Positions 1-9,132 of a stretch of DNA of 40,473 nucleotides are shown one piece after another. Below the pieces are notes generated by a model that worked only from the letters and a program-made list of their open reading frames with translations, ran no database searches and was not told the DNA's origin. The position numbers and the translations under genes were made by a program. This DNA is from a virus (Duplodnaviria; Caudoviricetes): the IMG/VR virus record IMGVR_UViG_3300031553_000011, positions 1 to 40,473 of that record; one strand, 5' to 3'. Numbering within the stretch: position 1 is the first letter of the stretch; every line of letters starts with the position of its first letter.

Positions 1-27
1 GGAGTTCGATTCTCCGCTATCACCCCA
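1..27. repeat. 27-nt terminal direct repeat (copy 1), 3' end of tRNA-His
   Basis: ggagttcgattctccgctatcacccca is identical to 40447..40473. Confidence 0.97.
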
Positions 28-127
28 AATAAGAACATCGGAAAGCCTGGAAATGGTCGTATTAGGGAAACAGGCAGGTAATAGCTTAGAAATGGGTTAG
101 ACTATTACACGAAAAGGGAGAGAAATT

Positions 128-334
128 ATGTTAATAGAAGTCGATGATGGAATCAAGAGGGTTTATATTCCTGAATTAAAGTTTAAAGTCAATCACGAGA
201 TATCTTACTTTGAGAATAAAGAGATATTGAAAATATACCTTAATAAGGAATTCAAGTTGAATATTAAAGAGATACAAAGATGTGATATGGCTGAAGAACG
301 CTTTGGACATTATATATATTATAAGGAGAATTAA
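128..334 (+). CDS. hypothetical protein
   Basis: 68-aa ORF with SD (gggag), abuts portal gene. Confidence 0.6.
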   Translation: MLIEVDDGIKRVYIPELKFKVNHEISYFENKEILKIYLNKEFKLNIKEIQRCDMAEERFGHYIYYKEN

Positions 335-339
335 GTAAT

Positions 340-2127
340 ATGATAACATCGCAATCTACTCGTATGCAAAAGATGAAGGACTTTTGGGAAGAAGGTTGGT
401 CTGGTTGGGAAGAGTATATAATGATGGCTACAAAAGGCTACCGTTTTTACAAAGGTGGAGACGGACAATGGGACGCCGCAGACATTATAGCTCTTAATGA
501 GAGAGGAAGACCTCATCTATCTATTAATTTAATATTGCCTACGATTAATCTTATCACAGGCTATGAGAGACAGAATAGACAGGACACTAAAATCTACCCG
601 AAAAGAGGGGGAAATCAGCCTGTCGCAGACATCTTAACAGCTCTCACGAAACACGTTGAAGATACTTCTAATGGGCTCTATGAGCGGTCTATGGTGTTTC
701 TTGATGGTATTGTAGCAAGAAAGGGTTGGATAGGCTTAGATATAAGTTATGAAGATGACCCGTTTAATGGAGAGATAGTAGTCAGAAGAAAGAATCCTTT
801 CGATATAGTAGAAGACCCAAACTGTCAAAACTACGATTTGAACAAAGGTGCTAAGTATATAATTGAGTCTTACTGGACTGATAAGGGTATGGCAGGACTA
901 ACTTTCCCATCTTCTAAGGTCAATATTGATAAAATGAAGTATGACGATTTAGATTCCAGGGATATTATGCACTTACCTGGTACTAATCGGAATCCAGACA
1001 GATTCAAATGTAGAATGAGAGAAACCTGGTGGAAGTCCTACGAAAAAGCTGTTTTCTTTTGTGATAGATTGACCCTGGAGAGAAAGAGGGTACATAAATC
1101 AAAAATACCTGTATTGCAGAGAATAATGGAGATTGACAGACGAGACGCTGAAGAAGAGGGCAGGGCAGACAGATATGCGATAAGAGAAGCAGTAATCCCA
1201 GTATTAAATTGTACTACCACAATGGGAGACCTGGAATTAGAACACGTTGTCAGACCTTTGGGAGAAACTACTAAATTTCCCTTAATGAGATTCACTCCAT
1301 ACTGGATTAATGGAGATATGTTCTCAGTTGTAGACAATTTAATTAGTCCACAGCAAGAGAAAAATAAGAGACGTTCACAGAGTTTACATTTAGTCAATAC
1401 TTCGGCAAATAGTGGATTCTTCAATATAAATGACGGGGAAGGAGCAGACAAGGACGAATTAGAAATGTTTGGCTCGAAACCTGGAGTCGTAATAGAATAT
1501 AAGAGTGTAAAACCTGAGAAAATAGAGCCTACACAGATATCTTCCGCTCACATACAATTAGAAGAATTAGCGGGAAATGATATCAAGGAGATAAGCTCAA
1601 TTAATAACAATCTACAAGGACAGGGAGACAAGGGAGAAAGTGGAGTTTTAGACAGACAGAGACAAAACCAGGGTCTTATAGGCTCGGAGATTGTCTTCGA
1701 TAACTATAAACTTACACATCAGATTTATTCAGAAACTATGGTTGATTTAATAAGAACAGGACAGACGTTTAGTCCTCAAGAGGTCTTAGCGGTCGCAGGA
1801 GACGCTAAAATAGACCAAAATATAGATGAAATCCTTCAAGCTTTAAAGAGTATGAAGGTTGGAAAATATGGTTGTAAAGTCTCTAAGAGTGCTAATAATC
1901 CGACTACAAGACAGGCTAACTTAGATTTACTATTAGCAATAGCAGAGAAATTTCCTGAAGTAGTACCGCCTTCTATAATAATAGAGAGTTCGGACGTACA
2001 TCAGAAGCAGGAAATACTTGAGTCTATTAAACAGAGAGAGAAAGAAGCCGCTGAGAATGCGAAATTAATGGCTCAAATAGAATTAGCTAAAGTACAACCA
2101 CAAAAGAGAACATTATCTAAGAGATGA
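340..2127 (+). CDS. portal protein (P22-like)
   Basis: 595 aa; FYKGGDGQW...RGRP.LSIN.I...INLITGYERQNR and LISPQQEKNKRRS motifs; follows terL on the circle. Confidence 0.9.
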   Translation: MITSQSTRMQKMKDFWEEGWSGWEEYIMMATKGYRFYKGGDGQWDAADIIALNERGRPHLSINLILPTINLITGYERQNRQDTKIYPKRGGNQPVADILTALTKHVEDTSNGLYERSMVFLDGIVARKGWIGLDISYEDDPFNGEIVVRRKNPFDIVEDPNCQNYDLNKGAKYIIESYWTDKGMAGLTFPSSKVNIDKMKYDDLDSRDIMHLPGTNRNPDRFKCRMRETWWKSYEKAVFFCDRLTLERKRVHKSKIPVLQRIMEIDRRDAEEEGRADRYAIREAVIPVLNCTTTMGDLELEHVVRPLGETTKFPLMRFTPYWINGDMFSVVDNLISPQQEKNKRRSQSLHLVNTSANSGFFNINDGEGADKDELEMFGSKPGVVIEYKSVKPEKIEPTQISSAHIQLEELAGNDIKEISSINNNLQGQGDKGESGVLDRQRQNQGLIGSEIVFDNYKLTHQIYSETMVDLIRTGQTFSPQEVLAVAGDAKIDQNIDEILQALKSMKVGKYGCKVSKSANNPTTRQANLDLLLAIAEKFPEVVPPSIIIESSDVHQKQEILESIKQREKEAAENAKLMAQIELAKVQPQKRTLSKR

Positions 2128-2230
2128 CGTTATAATGACGTTATTAACAAAATATACCGTCCCTATCGGTAATAAAGATTATTAGGGTTTCGTCTAAACT
2201 TAAAAGACGTTAAACAAAAAGGAGTAAGTA

Positions 2231-2911
2231 ATGCCTAATCAAGAAGGGTTATACACAAAAGAGGAATGGAGTGGATTGATGAATGACAAACAAGGGGAAG
2301 TTAAGAGTAGACAGGAAACTCAAGCAGAATTAGCCTTGGCAAGAGCTGAGAATATAAGGCTCAATGCAAGGATTGACGCTATCGGTCAAGAGAAGGTAGA
2401 GAAAATTGAGAATCCTGAAGAAACAGTAACACGAGCAGAACAAGCAGAGTCGCAGAGGAAACTTAGAGCTGAACTGCGGAAAGACTATCTGGCTGACAAA
2501 GCAAACGAGAAACGAGCTAACAGAGAAGCCGCAGTTGACGGTAGTTTTGATAAAGCACGGGAAAAATACACACTGGAGATAGCAGGAAAAGGTCTTACAT
2601 TCGATGAAGTTTTCGAAGGTACTAAACGACAAATCAAAGAAGATAAAGACTTAGGAAAAGTTATTTTCAATGCTAAGAATCCTGGAGAAAAAGCTTATAA
2701 GATTGGTCTTCTTGACCCTGTAATTGCAAAAAGAAAAGCACTATCGAAACAAGAATTTACTGACTCTAAGAAAACTCCAAAAATCGGTATGGAAAGCAAC
2801 GAAGTACCTGGACAATTTTTTAGTCAGGAAAGAGTTGGAAAAATGACAAGAGCGGAAATCACAGCCAACTATCCTGCTATTAAGGAAAGCCAGAAGAAAT
2901 GGAAGAAGTAA
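2231..2911 (+). CDS. capsid scaffolding protein
   Basis: charged helical 226 aa between portal and capsid; C-terminal FSQERVGKMTRAEI motif. Confidence 0.75.
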   Translation: MPNQEGLYTKEEWSGLMNDKQGEVKSRQETQAELALARAENIRLNARIDAIGQEKVEKIENPEETVTRAEQAESQRKLRAELRKDYLADKANEKRANREAAVDGSFDKAREKYTLEIAGKGLTFDEVFEGTKRQIKEDKDLGKVIFNAKNPGEKAYKIGLLDPVIAKRKALSKQEFTDSKKTPKIGMESNEVPGQFFSQERVGKMTRAEITANYPAIKESQKKWKK

Positions 2912-2940
2912 AAATAAATTAAAGGAGAAAAATCGTAAAG

Positions 2941-3756
2941 ATGAGTATTAAAAATTATATCCCTGAATTATGGAACGTAGCTATGATGGACGACTTCAGA
3001 AAAGCTCACGTTTTAGGGAAGGTCTGTCGTTGCAAAATTGACGCACCTATAACTAAAAGAGGTCAAACCGTGCATATCTCTGGTATCGGAAGCATATCTA
3101 TCGGAACTTACACTGGAGCAGATATCACTATGCAGAGCCTATCTGACGCTGGAATTACTATGAAAATAGACCAGGCTAAGTATTTCGATTTTACTGTAGA
3201 TGACGTTGACGCATTACAAGCTAATGGGGACTTAATGAGTGAAGCAACTAAAAAAGCAACCTATAGCTTAAAAGATGTAGCCGACCAGTATATAAATACC
3301 GTGATGGCGGCAGGTGCAGGTCTCTCGACTACGGCTGAAGGAACTATGGACGTTACCGCTATAATATCTAATGTAGCTGAGATGGCCTTAGCTCTTGACG
3401 AAGCAGAAGTCCCTGAGGAAATGCAGTGGATTGTTATGCCTAAATGGGCTAACACCAAGCTTCTCTTAGCGGGTATCTACCACGCTCAAGACTTAAAAGG
3501 AAACATCAATGGTTTTATAACTAACGTTCTTGGTATAGATATGTATAAGTCAAGTAATATTGGAGCAACCGCTCCCTTAGCAGGAGCTTATGGTGCAGTC
3601 GCATATGCAGAACAAATAATTGAAACCAAGGCTTTTGAGCCAGAAAAAAGATTCGGAGACGCACTAAAGGGTCTTCACGTTTACGGAGTAAAAGTAGTTC
3701 TCCCTAATGCGTTAGTATTAGGCGACTGGACTGAATCTGTAGAAACTGTAATATAA
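2941..3756 (+). CDS. major capsid protein (P22-coat-like, HK97 fold)
   Basis: N-terminal YIPELW, GQTVHI, IDQAKYFDF.VDDVD, C-terminal FGDALKGLHVYG.KVV.P. Confidence 0.9.
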   Translation: MSIKNYIPELWNVAMMDDFRKAHVLGKVCRCKIDAPITKRGQTVHISGIGSISIGTYTGADITMQSLSDAGITMKIDQAKYFDFTVDDVDALQANGDLMSEATKKATYSLKDVADQYINTVMAAGAGLSTTAEGTMDVTAIISNVAEMALALDEAEVPEEMQWIVMPKWANTKLLLAGIYHAQDLKGNINGFITNVLGIDMYKSSNIGATAPLAGAYGAVAYAEQIIETKAFEPEKRFGDALKGLHVYGVKVVLPNALVLGDWTESVETVI

Positions 3757-3764
3757 TTTAACCT

Positions 3765-3812
3765 TGGTAGCCCTTTTCTGGATTGGTACAAGCCAGTCGG
3801 TAAGGGCTACCA
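3765..3812 (+). promoter_or_regulatory. long intergenic hairpin after capsid gene
   Basis: tggtagccctt / aagggctacca outer stem plus gattggt / gccagtc inner stem; no U-tract. Confidence 0.6.
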
Positions 3813-3842
3813 TCAAAAATAAAAGTAAAGGAGATTTCAATA

Positions 3843-4223
3843 ATGGCTGTAGCAAGTACAAATACTATCTTAGTAAGAGATACTGTCTCTGTATTAGCAG
3901 GAGACGCCGCTACCAGTGATGCCGCAAATTTAATTGAAGTTTTTACCATCACCCCTACTAAGGGAATGGATAAAATGATAATTAGTATAGCTGTAGCAGA
4001 TTCTAATGGAGCGGTAGCTTGTAGTTTAGGAGCAGGAGATTACTGGGCAAAAGGAGCATTAACTTGGAGTTGTGCACAGAATAAAACCTCTCATATGGCA
4101 GTAAGTGATATAGCTCGGTTTATGACTGACGAAGGTACTATATTACTGACTCTTACCCCTGCAAGTGGTAAGAAGCTTTTAACTGACCATACCGCAGTAG
4201 TAGAAGTAATAGAATTACCGTAA
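3843..4223 (+). CDS. putative capsid decoration/cement protein
   Basis: 126 aa, A/T/V-rich beta-type, directly after capsid. Confidence 0.55.
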   Translation: MAVASTNTILVRDTVSVLAGDAATSDAANLIEVFTITPTKGMDKMIISIAVADSNGAVACSLGAGDYWAKGALTWSCAQNKTSHMAVSDIARFMTDEGTILLTLTPASGKKLLTDHTAVVEVIELP

Positions 4224-4253
4224 TTTAAAGATACTAAAGTTTAAAAAAAATCC

Positions 4254-4284
4254 GAAGGGGGTCGGGCTCTGCCTGGCTCTCTTC
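4254..4284 (+). terminator. GC-rich hairpin, possible terminator/attenuator after head genes
   Basis: gaagggggtcgggc..gcctggctctcttc stem; no U-tract. Confidence 0.4.
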
Positions 4285-4292
4285 CCCAAAAG

Positions 4293-4820
4293 GTGGGAGA
4301 AAATAATATGATATTTTACACGAGAATTAAAAGTAAGCCTAATTCTATAATTGAAGAAACTAAAGAGGGCTTTAAAGTAACATCGAGAACGAGATTATGT
4401 GTTGCAACTGATGGAGTTATCGATACTGATAACCCAGAAACTATAAGGAAACTAAAGAAACGTCCAGATTTATTCAGAACTGATAGACCTTGGACTAATC
4501 ATAATTGGAGAGTAAGCAAAGAAGGATTAGCACTTCTCAAAGAAGGGGAGAAGTTGGGATTGGATTGTAGACATATTAGAAAAGAATATCTTATCAAGAA
4601 GATAGCTGATAGTAAGCCTGGAATGGTTAAATCCAATGAAGAAGTTGGACTTCCAGAGCCGCCTACAGTTAACAAAAAGAAACAGTTTTCTTCTAAGCCT
4701 ACTGTAAAGAACATTGATTACAAAGAGCTTATGAAAATTGCAAAGAAAAAAGGGGTAAAAGGCACGAAGAGGGCAGATATAGAAAAACTGTTATTAGGAA
4801 AAGGAGATAAAAAGAAATGA
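4293..4820 (+). CDS. hypothetical protein (probable ATG start 4308)
   Basis: basic ORF; SD gggag precedes ATG at 4308. Confidence 0.6.
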   Translation: MGENNMIFYTRIKSKPNSIIEETKEGFKVTSRTRLCVATDGVIDTDNPETIRKLKKRPDLFRTDRPWTNHNWRVSKEGLALLKEGEKLGLDCRHIRKEYLIKKIADSKPGMVKSNEEVGLPEPPTVNKKKQFSSKPTVKNIDYKELMKIAKKKGVKGTKRADIEKLLLGKGDKKK

Positions 4821-5173
4821 GTTTAGACCCAGAAAAATGTGTATCGAACACAGTGGAAATAGCTATAGGTGAAACAAAATCTACGGCTATAAGAATAGGA
4901 CATTACGATAACATAGCTATACTGTTACCCGCTAATTGGATAACTGGAACTATAACTTTTGAAGCAAGTGCTACCGAAGATGGTACTTACTTACCTGTAG
5001 TTTACGCTGACGATGTCGGAGCTGTAACAATAGCGAGTGTAGCTCATAGTCAGTGTATTTGTCCGAGTGGTGAGATTTACGAAGCCTTAAAGCCGTTAGC
5101 TTGGATTAAATTAGTAGCAGGAGCGGCTCAGACTACTACGGCTAAGGTCATAACTATAATTATGAAGAGGTAA
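4817..5173 (+). CDS. putative virion structural protein
   Basis: 118-aa beta-rich protein (ITFEAS..DGTY.P) in the head-tail cluster. Confidence 0.5.
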   Translation: MSLDPEKCVSNTVEIAIGETKSTAIRIGHYDNIAILLPANWITGTITFEASATEDGTYLPVVYADDVGAVTIASVAHSQCICPSGEIYEALKPLAWIKLVAGAAQTTTAKVITIIMKR

Positions 5174-5177
5174 GAAT

Positions 5178-5783
5178 ATGACGATATTAAAAGCAGAAAT
5201 ATTAGCTCATCTTAACTCTGAACTCAATAGAACAGAGACAGATATAGATGAACATATTTTAGAGGCTATGAAAGATTTGAGCTTACAGGATAAATTCCTA
5301 TGGGTTGAATCCGTAGTAGAGACTATACCTGGTAGACCATACTACTCTTTGCCGTTGGATTATAAAAAACTATTAAGCATTAAGATAGACGATGAGAATT
5401 CTATGGAGAGGATAACTTGGGCTAAGTATCAAATGTTGATAGCAAATGAGACTTCGGCAGATAGAGAAATGCCGACTAAGTTTTGTATACACGGAAATTA
5501 CTGGTATGGATATCCCACAGCAGACGCTATCTATGACGCTACTTTGTATTACAATGCGTATATATTAGAGAGCGAAGATGGCACAGATACAGTTGATGAT
5601 ATACCTTTTAAGGATATCTATAGAAATGCTCTAAATTGTAAAACTAAGGCTCAGTATTGTAGGAGTTTGGGTTGGATAGAAAGAGCTAAAGAATATGAAT
5701 TTGATTATTTGAGATTAATACTACCGCCGTTGAAGAAATTAATTCCCAGACATACTGCTTTTGTTCAGTATAGGGACTGGTAA
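5178..5783 (+). CDS. head-tail adaptor (tail tubular protein A-like)
   Basis: T.PGRPYYSLP.DY and P..F......WYGYPTAD..Y motifs; position. Confidence 0.7.
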   Translation: MTILKAEILAHLNSELNRTETDIDEHILEAMKDLSLQDKFLWVESVVETIPGRPYYSLPLDYKKLLSIKIDDENSMERITWAKYQMLIANETSADREMPTKFCIHGNYWYGYPTADAIYDATLYYNAYILESEDGTDTVDDIPFKDIYRNALNCKTKAQYCRSLGWIERAKEYEFDYLRLILPPLKKLIPRHTAFVQYRDW

Positions 5784-5797
5784 AAAGGAGTCAATTT

Positions 5798-7099
5798 ATG
5801 GCTAAGAAACAAATGTTTGGAATATTCAGTCCTGTACTGGGAGAGAAAAAGAACTTTCCTACTATTCTATTAACGAAAACTGTCCAAACAGATAATTCGA
5901 ATATTGTCAGGCAATATGGAGAAGTCCATAGACGGCAGAACAGAGACCCTGATATGTTAAATACAGCGGTCAAAACTGCTACGCCTGACGCAAATCCGAT
6001 TCTTCATTATCATACATTCACAAAAAGGGCTACTAAATATCAGTATATTGTTGCCTTTACAAAGGCTCATATTTACGTCTGGAATACTGCTACTGACGCC
6101 TGGGATTTGAAATTTACCTGTAAGGCTGACGTAACAGAATGGGACACTGAATACTATAACGATATGCTTATTGCTACTAATAATTCAGATATGATTCTAT
6201 ACTGGGACACTTCTGGTTATTTTATGCCTTTGCAGAATACCACTCCTATAACTATCACAGCGGCTACAAAAGCTTCAACTTGTGTTGTTACAGCAGGAAC
6301 TCACAATCTTACTACTGGAGATAGGGTGTTCATTAAAGACGTTGTTGGAATGGTGGAACTCAATCTGTTACAGTACGTTGTTACAGTATTAACAGCAGAT
6401 ACCTTTGAATTAGATGGTATAGATTCTCAAGGTTTCACTACCTATACATCTGGCGGGACAGTAGAGGAATTTCAAGGAATAGAATATGCTACTGACGAAT
6501 TTATAACTAAAGCGAAATATGTTACTACTTTTGAGAACTATCTTATATTCGGTTATACTTTTGAGAATGGTGTTTCCTACCCTCAGAGGATTCGTTGGAA
6601 CTGTATCGGTAATGAAGCAGACTTCGAGTCGTCTGGCTCAGGAGCTCAAGAGAGTGAAGGGTCTGATTTTATAGTCGGATTCAAGATATATGCAGGGCAA
6701 TTGATAATTTTTAAAGAAAAATCAAGAATTGTGCAGAAGTTAGTATCTACATCTGAGGTATGGACTTGGGTAAAACTACCTGGAAATATCGGTTGTATGT
6801 CGAATCATTCTATTGTAGAAGACGCTGATGGAAGAGTCTATTGGTTAGCTAATGATGTAACTATAAGAGAAATGGAAGATGGAGAAATCTCTCAACCTAT
6901 TGACCCTATAATGAAGTTGATAGAGCCTTCTTCGGCTTATTTAGTTAATGCGATTTATTTAGCGGAGACTGGAGAAATCTGGTGGTCTATTCCGTATGAT
7001 AATGCCTTAAATAATAAGGTTATTTATGTTAAGAATTTAAACGAGTGGGGAGAATTAGATTTAGCTATTCCTGCTTTTGGAAGTTATTTAGAAGAGTAA
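5798..7099 (+). CDS. tail nozzle / DNA-stabilisation protein, N-terminal part, with E1-FCCH-like insert
   Basis: beta-propeller-like strands, QRIRWN, LIIFKEKS, NIGCMSNHSIV; ITAATKASTCVVT..HNLTTGDRVFI.DV.GM insert. Confidence 0.7.
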   Translation: MAKKQMFGIFSPVLGEKKNFPTILLTKTVQTDNSNIVRQYGEVHRRQNRDPDMLNTAVKTATPDANPILHYHTFTKRATKYQYIVAFTKAHIYVWNTATDAWDLKFTCKADVTEWDTEYYNDMLIATNNSDMILYWDTSGYFMPLQNTTPITITAATKASTCVVTAGTHNLTTGDRVFIKDVVGMVELNLLQYVVTVLTADTFELDGIDSQGFTTYTSGGTVEEFQGIEYATDEFITKAKYVTTFENYLIFGYTFENGVSYPQRIRWNCIGNEADFESSGSGAQESEGSDFIVGFKIYAGQLIIFKEKSRIVQKLVSTSEVWTWVKLPGNIGCMSNHSIVEDADGRVYWLANDVTIREMEDGEISQPIDPIMKLIEPSSAYLVNAIYLAETGEIWWSIPYDNALNNKVIYVKNLNEWGELDLAIPAFGSYLEE

Positions 7100-7112
7100 A
7101 GGAGATAATAAT

Positions 7113-8513
7113 ATGGGGTGGTTAAGACCAACCAGTTACAATGACGCCGAAAATAAATGGGTTTATGAGGCAACCGCCTATGATGGAAATACGGCTACAC
7201 ACGCAATAACGAGCCCTGGGATTGCGGCAGGAACTTGGAGTTCTTTTCTTGAATTCTCCCGTGCTTCTATACCTTGTAGCAAGTTAAGATTTTATTGTCT
7301 TACCTATGACTATGCGACAGGAAGTATAGATATTGACGCTTATTATGGTGGTGCTTGGCACGATGTTTACCAGGGAAGCTATACAAAAGTTGTATGGGTA
7401 GAGAAATCTTTGGGTGCTACTTACGATGTAACAAAAGTAAGAATACGACTCTATAATCCAGATACCGATAACAGAATGGTAGCTATCAGGGAAATCAATT
7501 TATACTATATAGAAGCTCCTACAGTTAGCTCTCAAGCGGTTACAGCAATAGATGATGATGAGGGAACTGGTAACGGTAATATTACAGACATAGGTAGTGA
7601 AAACGCTTCTAAGAGAGGATTTGTTTGGAATACTTCTGGTAGTCCTACCATAGCAGATGATAGTGTAATAGAAGAAGGGGACTTCGGAACTGGAGCTTTT
7701 ACTGGCTCTATAAGTGGATTAGACCCAGGAGTTAAGTATTATGTTAAAGCCTTTGCTTATAATGAAGCAGGTTACGCCTATGGAGCAGAAGTAGATTTTA
7801 CTACCGATAAAAGAATACCTGTTGTAACTTGTCAAGCTCCTTCGAGTGTATTACCTACTACCGCTACAGGTAATGGAAATATCACTGACCTAGGTGGAGA
7901 GAATAGTACCGAAAGAGGTTTTGAGTGGGGACTGACACAGGTGAACACCTGGGAAGCACACGATAGTGGGTCTTTCTCAGCGGGAGCATTTACTAAAGCT
8001 CTAACAGGATTTGTGGCTAATACTACTTACTGGATAAGGTCTTATGCAGTCAATAGTGAAGGAACGGCTTATAGTGCGTGGAGAAGCTTCCAAACTTCAG
8101 CTACGGGGACTATCCCTACTGGAACAAGAATATTTATATGCTCAGATTATAGTGCATATACTTATAAATTAATGAGAGCAGAAACAGACGATGGAGCTAC
8201 CTATACTGGTTACTTTGTGGTCTCTACTGACCTCACAAACAAGCAGGGTTTAGCTTGGTATAAAAGGATCCTTGACTTACATCTTTATGTTAAAAGTCAA
8301 GAATCAGGAACACTGACTATTGAAGTTAAAAGAGATAATGAAGCCTCTTGGCAATCAGTCGGCTCAGTATCTTTAGTAGGTACTGAAAGTATTTTAGTAC
8401 AACATTTAGCTCCAGATATAAGAGGAAAGGTTTTTGAATTTAAGATATCAGCCGCTAATGCCTTTTCATTTCTTGGTATGCTATTTGAATATTTACCAGA
8501 GGATTTGAGATAA
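7113..8513 (+). CDS. tail protein: beta-sandwich + two FN3-like repeats + nozzle-like C-terminus
   Basis: two GNGNITD.G.EN...RGF.W...Y....A.N..G.AY repeats; C-terminal TDDG..KRI...RGKVFEFKIS. Confidence 0.65.
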   Translation: MGWLRPTSYNDAENKWVYEATAYDGNTATHAITSPGIAAGTWSSFLEFSRASIPCSKLRFYCLTYDYATGSIDIDAYYGGAWHDVYQGSYTKVVWVEKSLGATYDVTKVRIRLYNPDTDNRMVAIREINLYYIEAPTVSSQAVTAIDDDEGTGNGNITDIGSENASKRGFVWNTSGSPTIADDSVIEEGDFGTGAFTGSISGLDPGVKYYVKAFAYNEAGYAYGAEVDFTTDKRIPVVTCQAPSSVLPTTATGNGNITDLGGENSTERGFEWGLTQVNTWEAHDSGSFSAGAFTKALTGFVANTTYWIRSYAVNSEGTAYSAWRSFQTSATGTIPTGTRIFICSDYSAYTYKLMRAETDDGATYTGYFVVSTDLTNKQGLAWYKRILDLHLYVKSQESGTLTIEVKRDNEASWQSVGSVSLVGTESILVQHLAPDIRGKVFEFKISAANAFSFLGMLFEYLPEDLR

Positions 8514-8683
8514 TGGGACTACAAGTAGGAAAAACTGTAATCCTACCCAGATTAGATAGGATAGAAGACCCTGAAACAAAAAGGGTCTTTCAGCAATTGC
8601 TGAAAGCAGTCAGAGAATTGAATGGTATATACTATAATGATTTGACTCATTTAGAAAAAAGAATTGTGGACTTAGAGCCATAA
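8513..8683 (+). CDS. small hypothetical virion protein (56 aa, not in ORF track)
   Basis: MGLQVGKTVILPRLDRIEDPETKRVFQQLLK...; TAATG overlap with upstream stop. Confidence 0.65.
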   Translation: MGLQVGKTVILPRLDRIEDPETKRVFQQLLKAVRELNGIYYNDLTHLEKRIVDLEP

Positions 8684-8693
8684 GGGGGATAGA

Positions 8694-9128
8694 ATGGATA
8701 GAAGTAAACTCAAAGAAAATAAAGTATATTATACTACTAATTTTGATGTATTGCAAGAAGTCTGTATGAAGACCTACGAAGTCAAGAATAATGACCTTGA
8801 TATGGGAAATTTTATCAGAAGACTCGGCAGGTACGTATCGAATAAGAGCGGTATGATATTAGTTAGTTTTGGAGAAGACAAGAAAATTAATGGTTGTATG
8901 GTGTTATCAAGGCATATAGACGGTAAAGGTGAATACTTATGGATAGATTTTGCCTGGATTAGCCCTAAAGCACGTCATATGAGAGCTATATATGAAGAAG
9001 AAGTAATAGGAACTTGTAAAAATAGAGGGATTAAAAGAATACAAATGAGAATGGCTAGGGGATATAAAGCTATGAAAAAGCTCTATGGAACTGTAGAAGT
9101 AGCAAGAATTTTAGAAAGGAAAGTGTGA
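8694..9128 (+). CDS. GNAT-fold virion-assembly protein
   Basis: LWIDFAWISP..R and CKNRGIKRIQM; position before ejection genes as in podoviruses. Confidence 0.55.
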   Translation: MDRSKLKENKVYYTTNFDVLQEVCMKTYEVKNNDLDMGNFIRRLGRYVSNKSGMILVSFGEDKKINGCMVLSRHIDGKGEYLWIDFAWISPKARHMRAIYEEEVIGTCKNRGIKRIQMRMARGYKAMKKLYGTVEVARILERKV

Positions 9129-9132
9129 GAAT

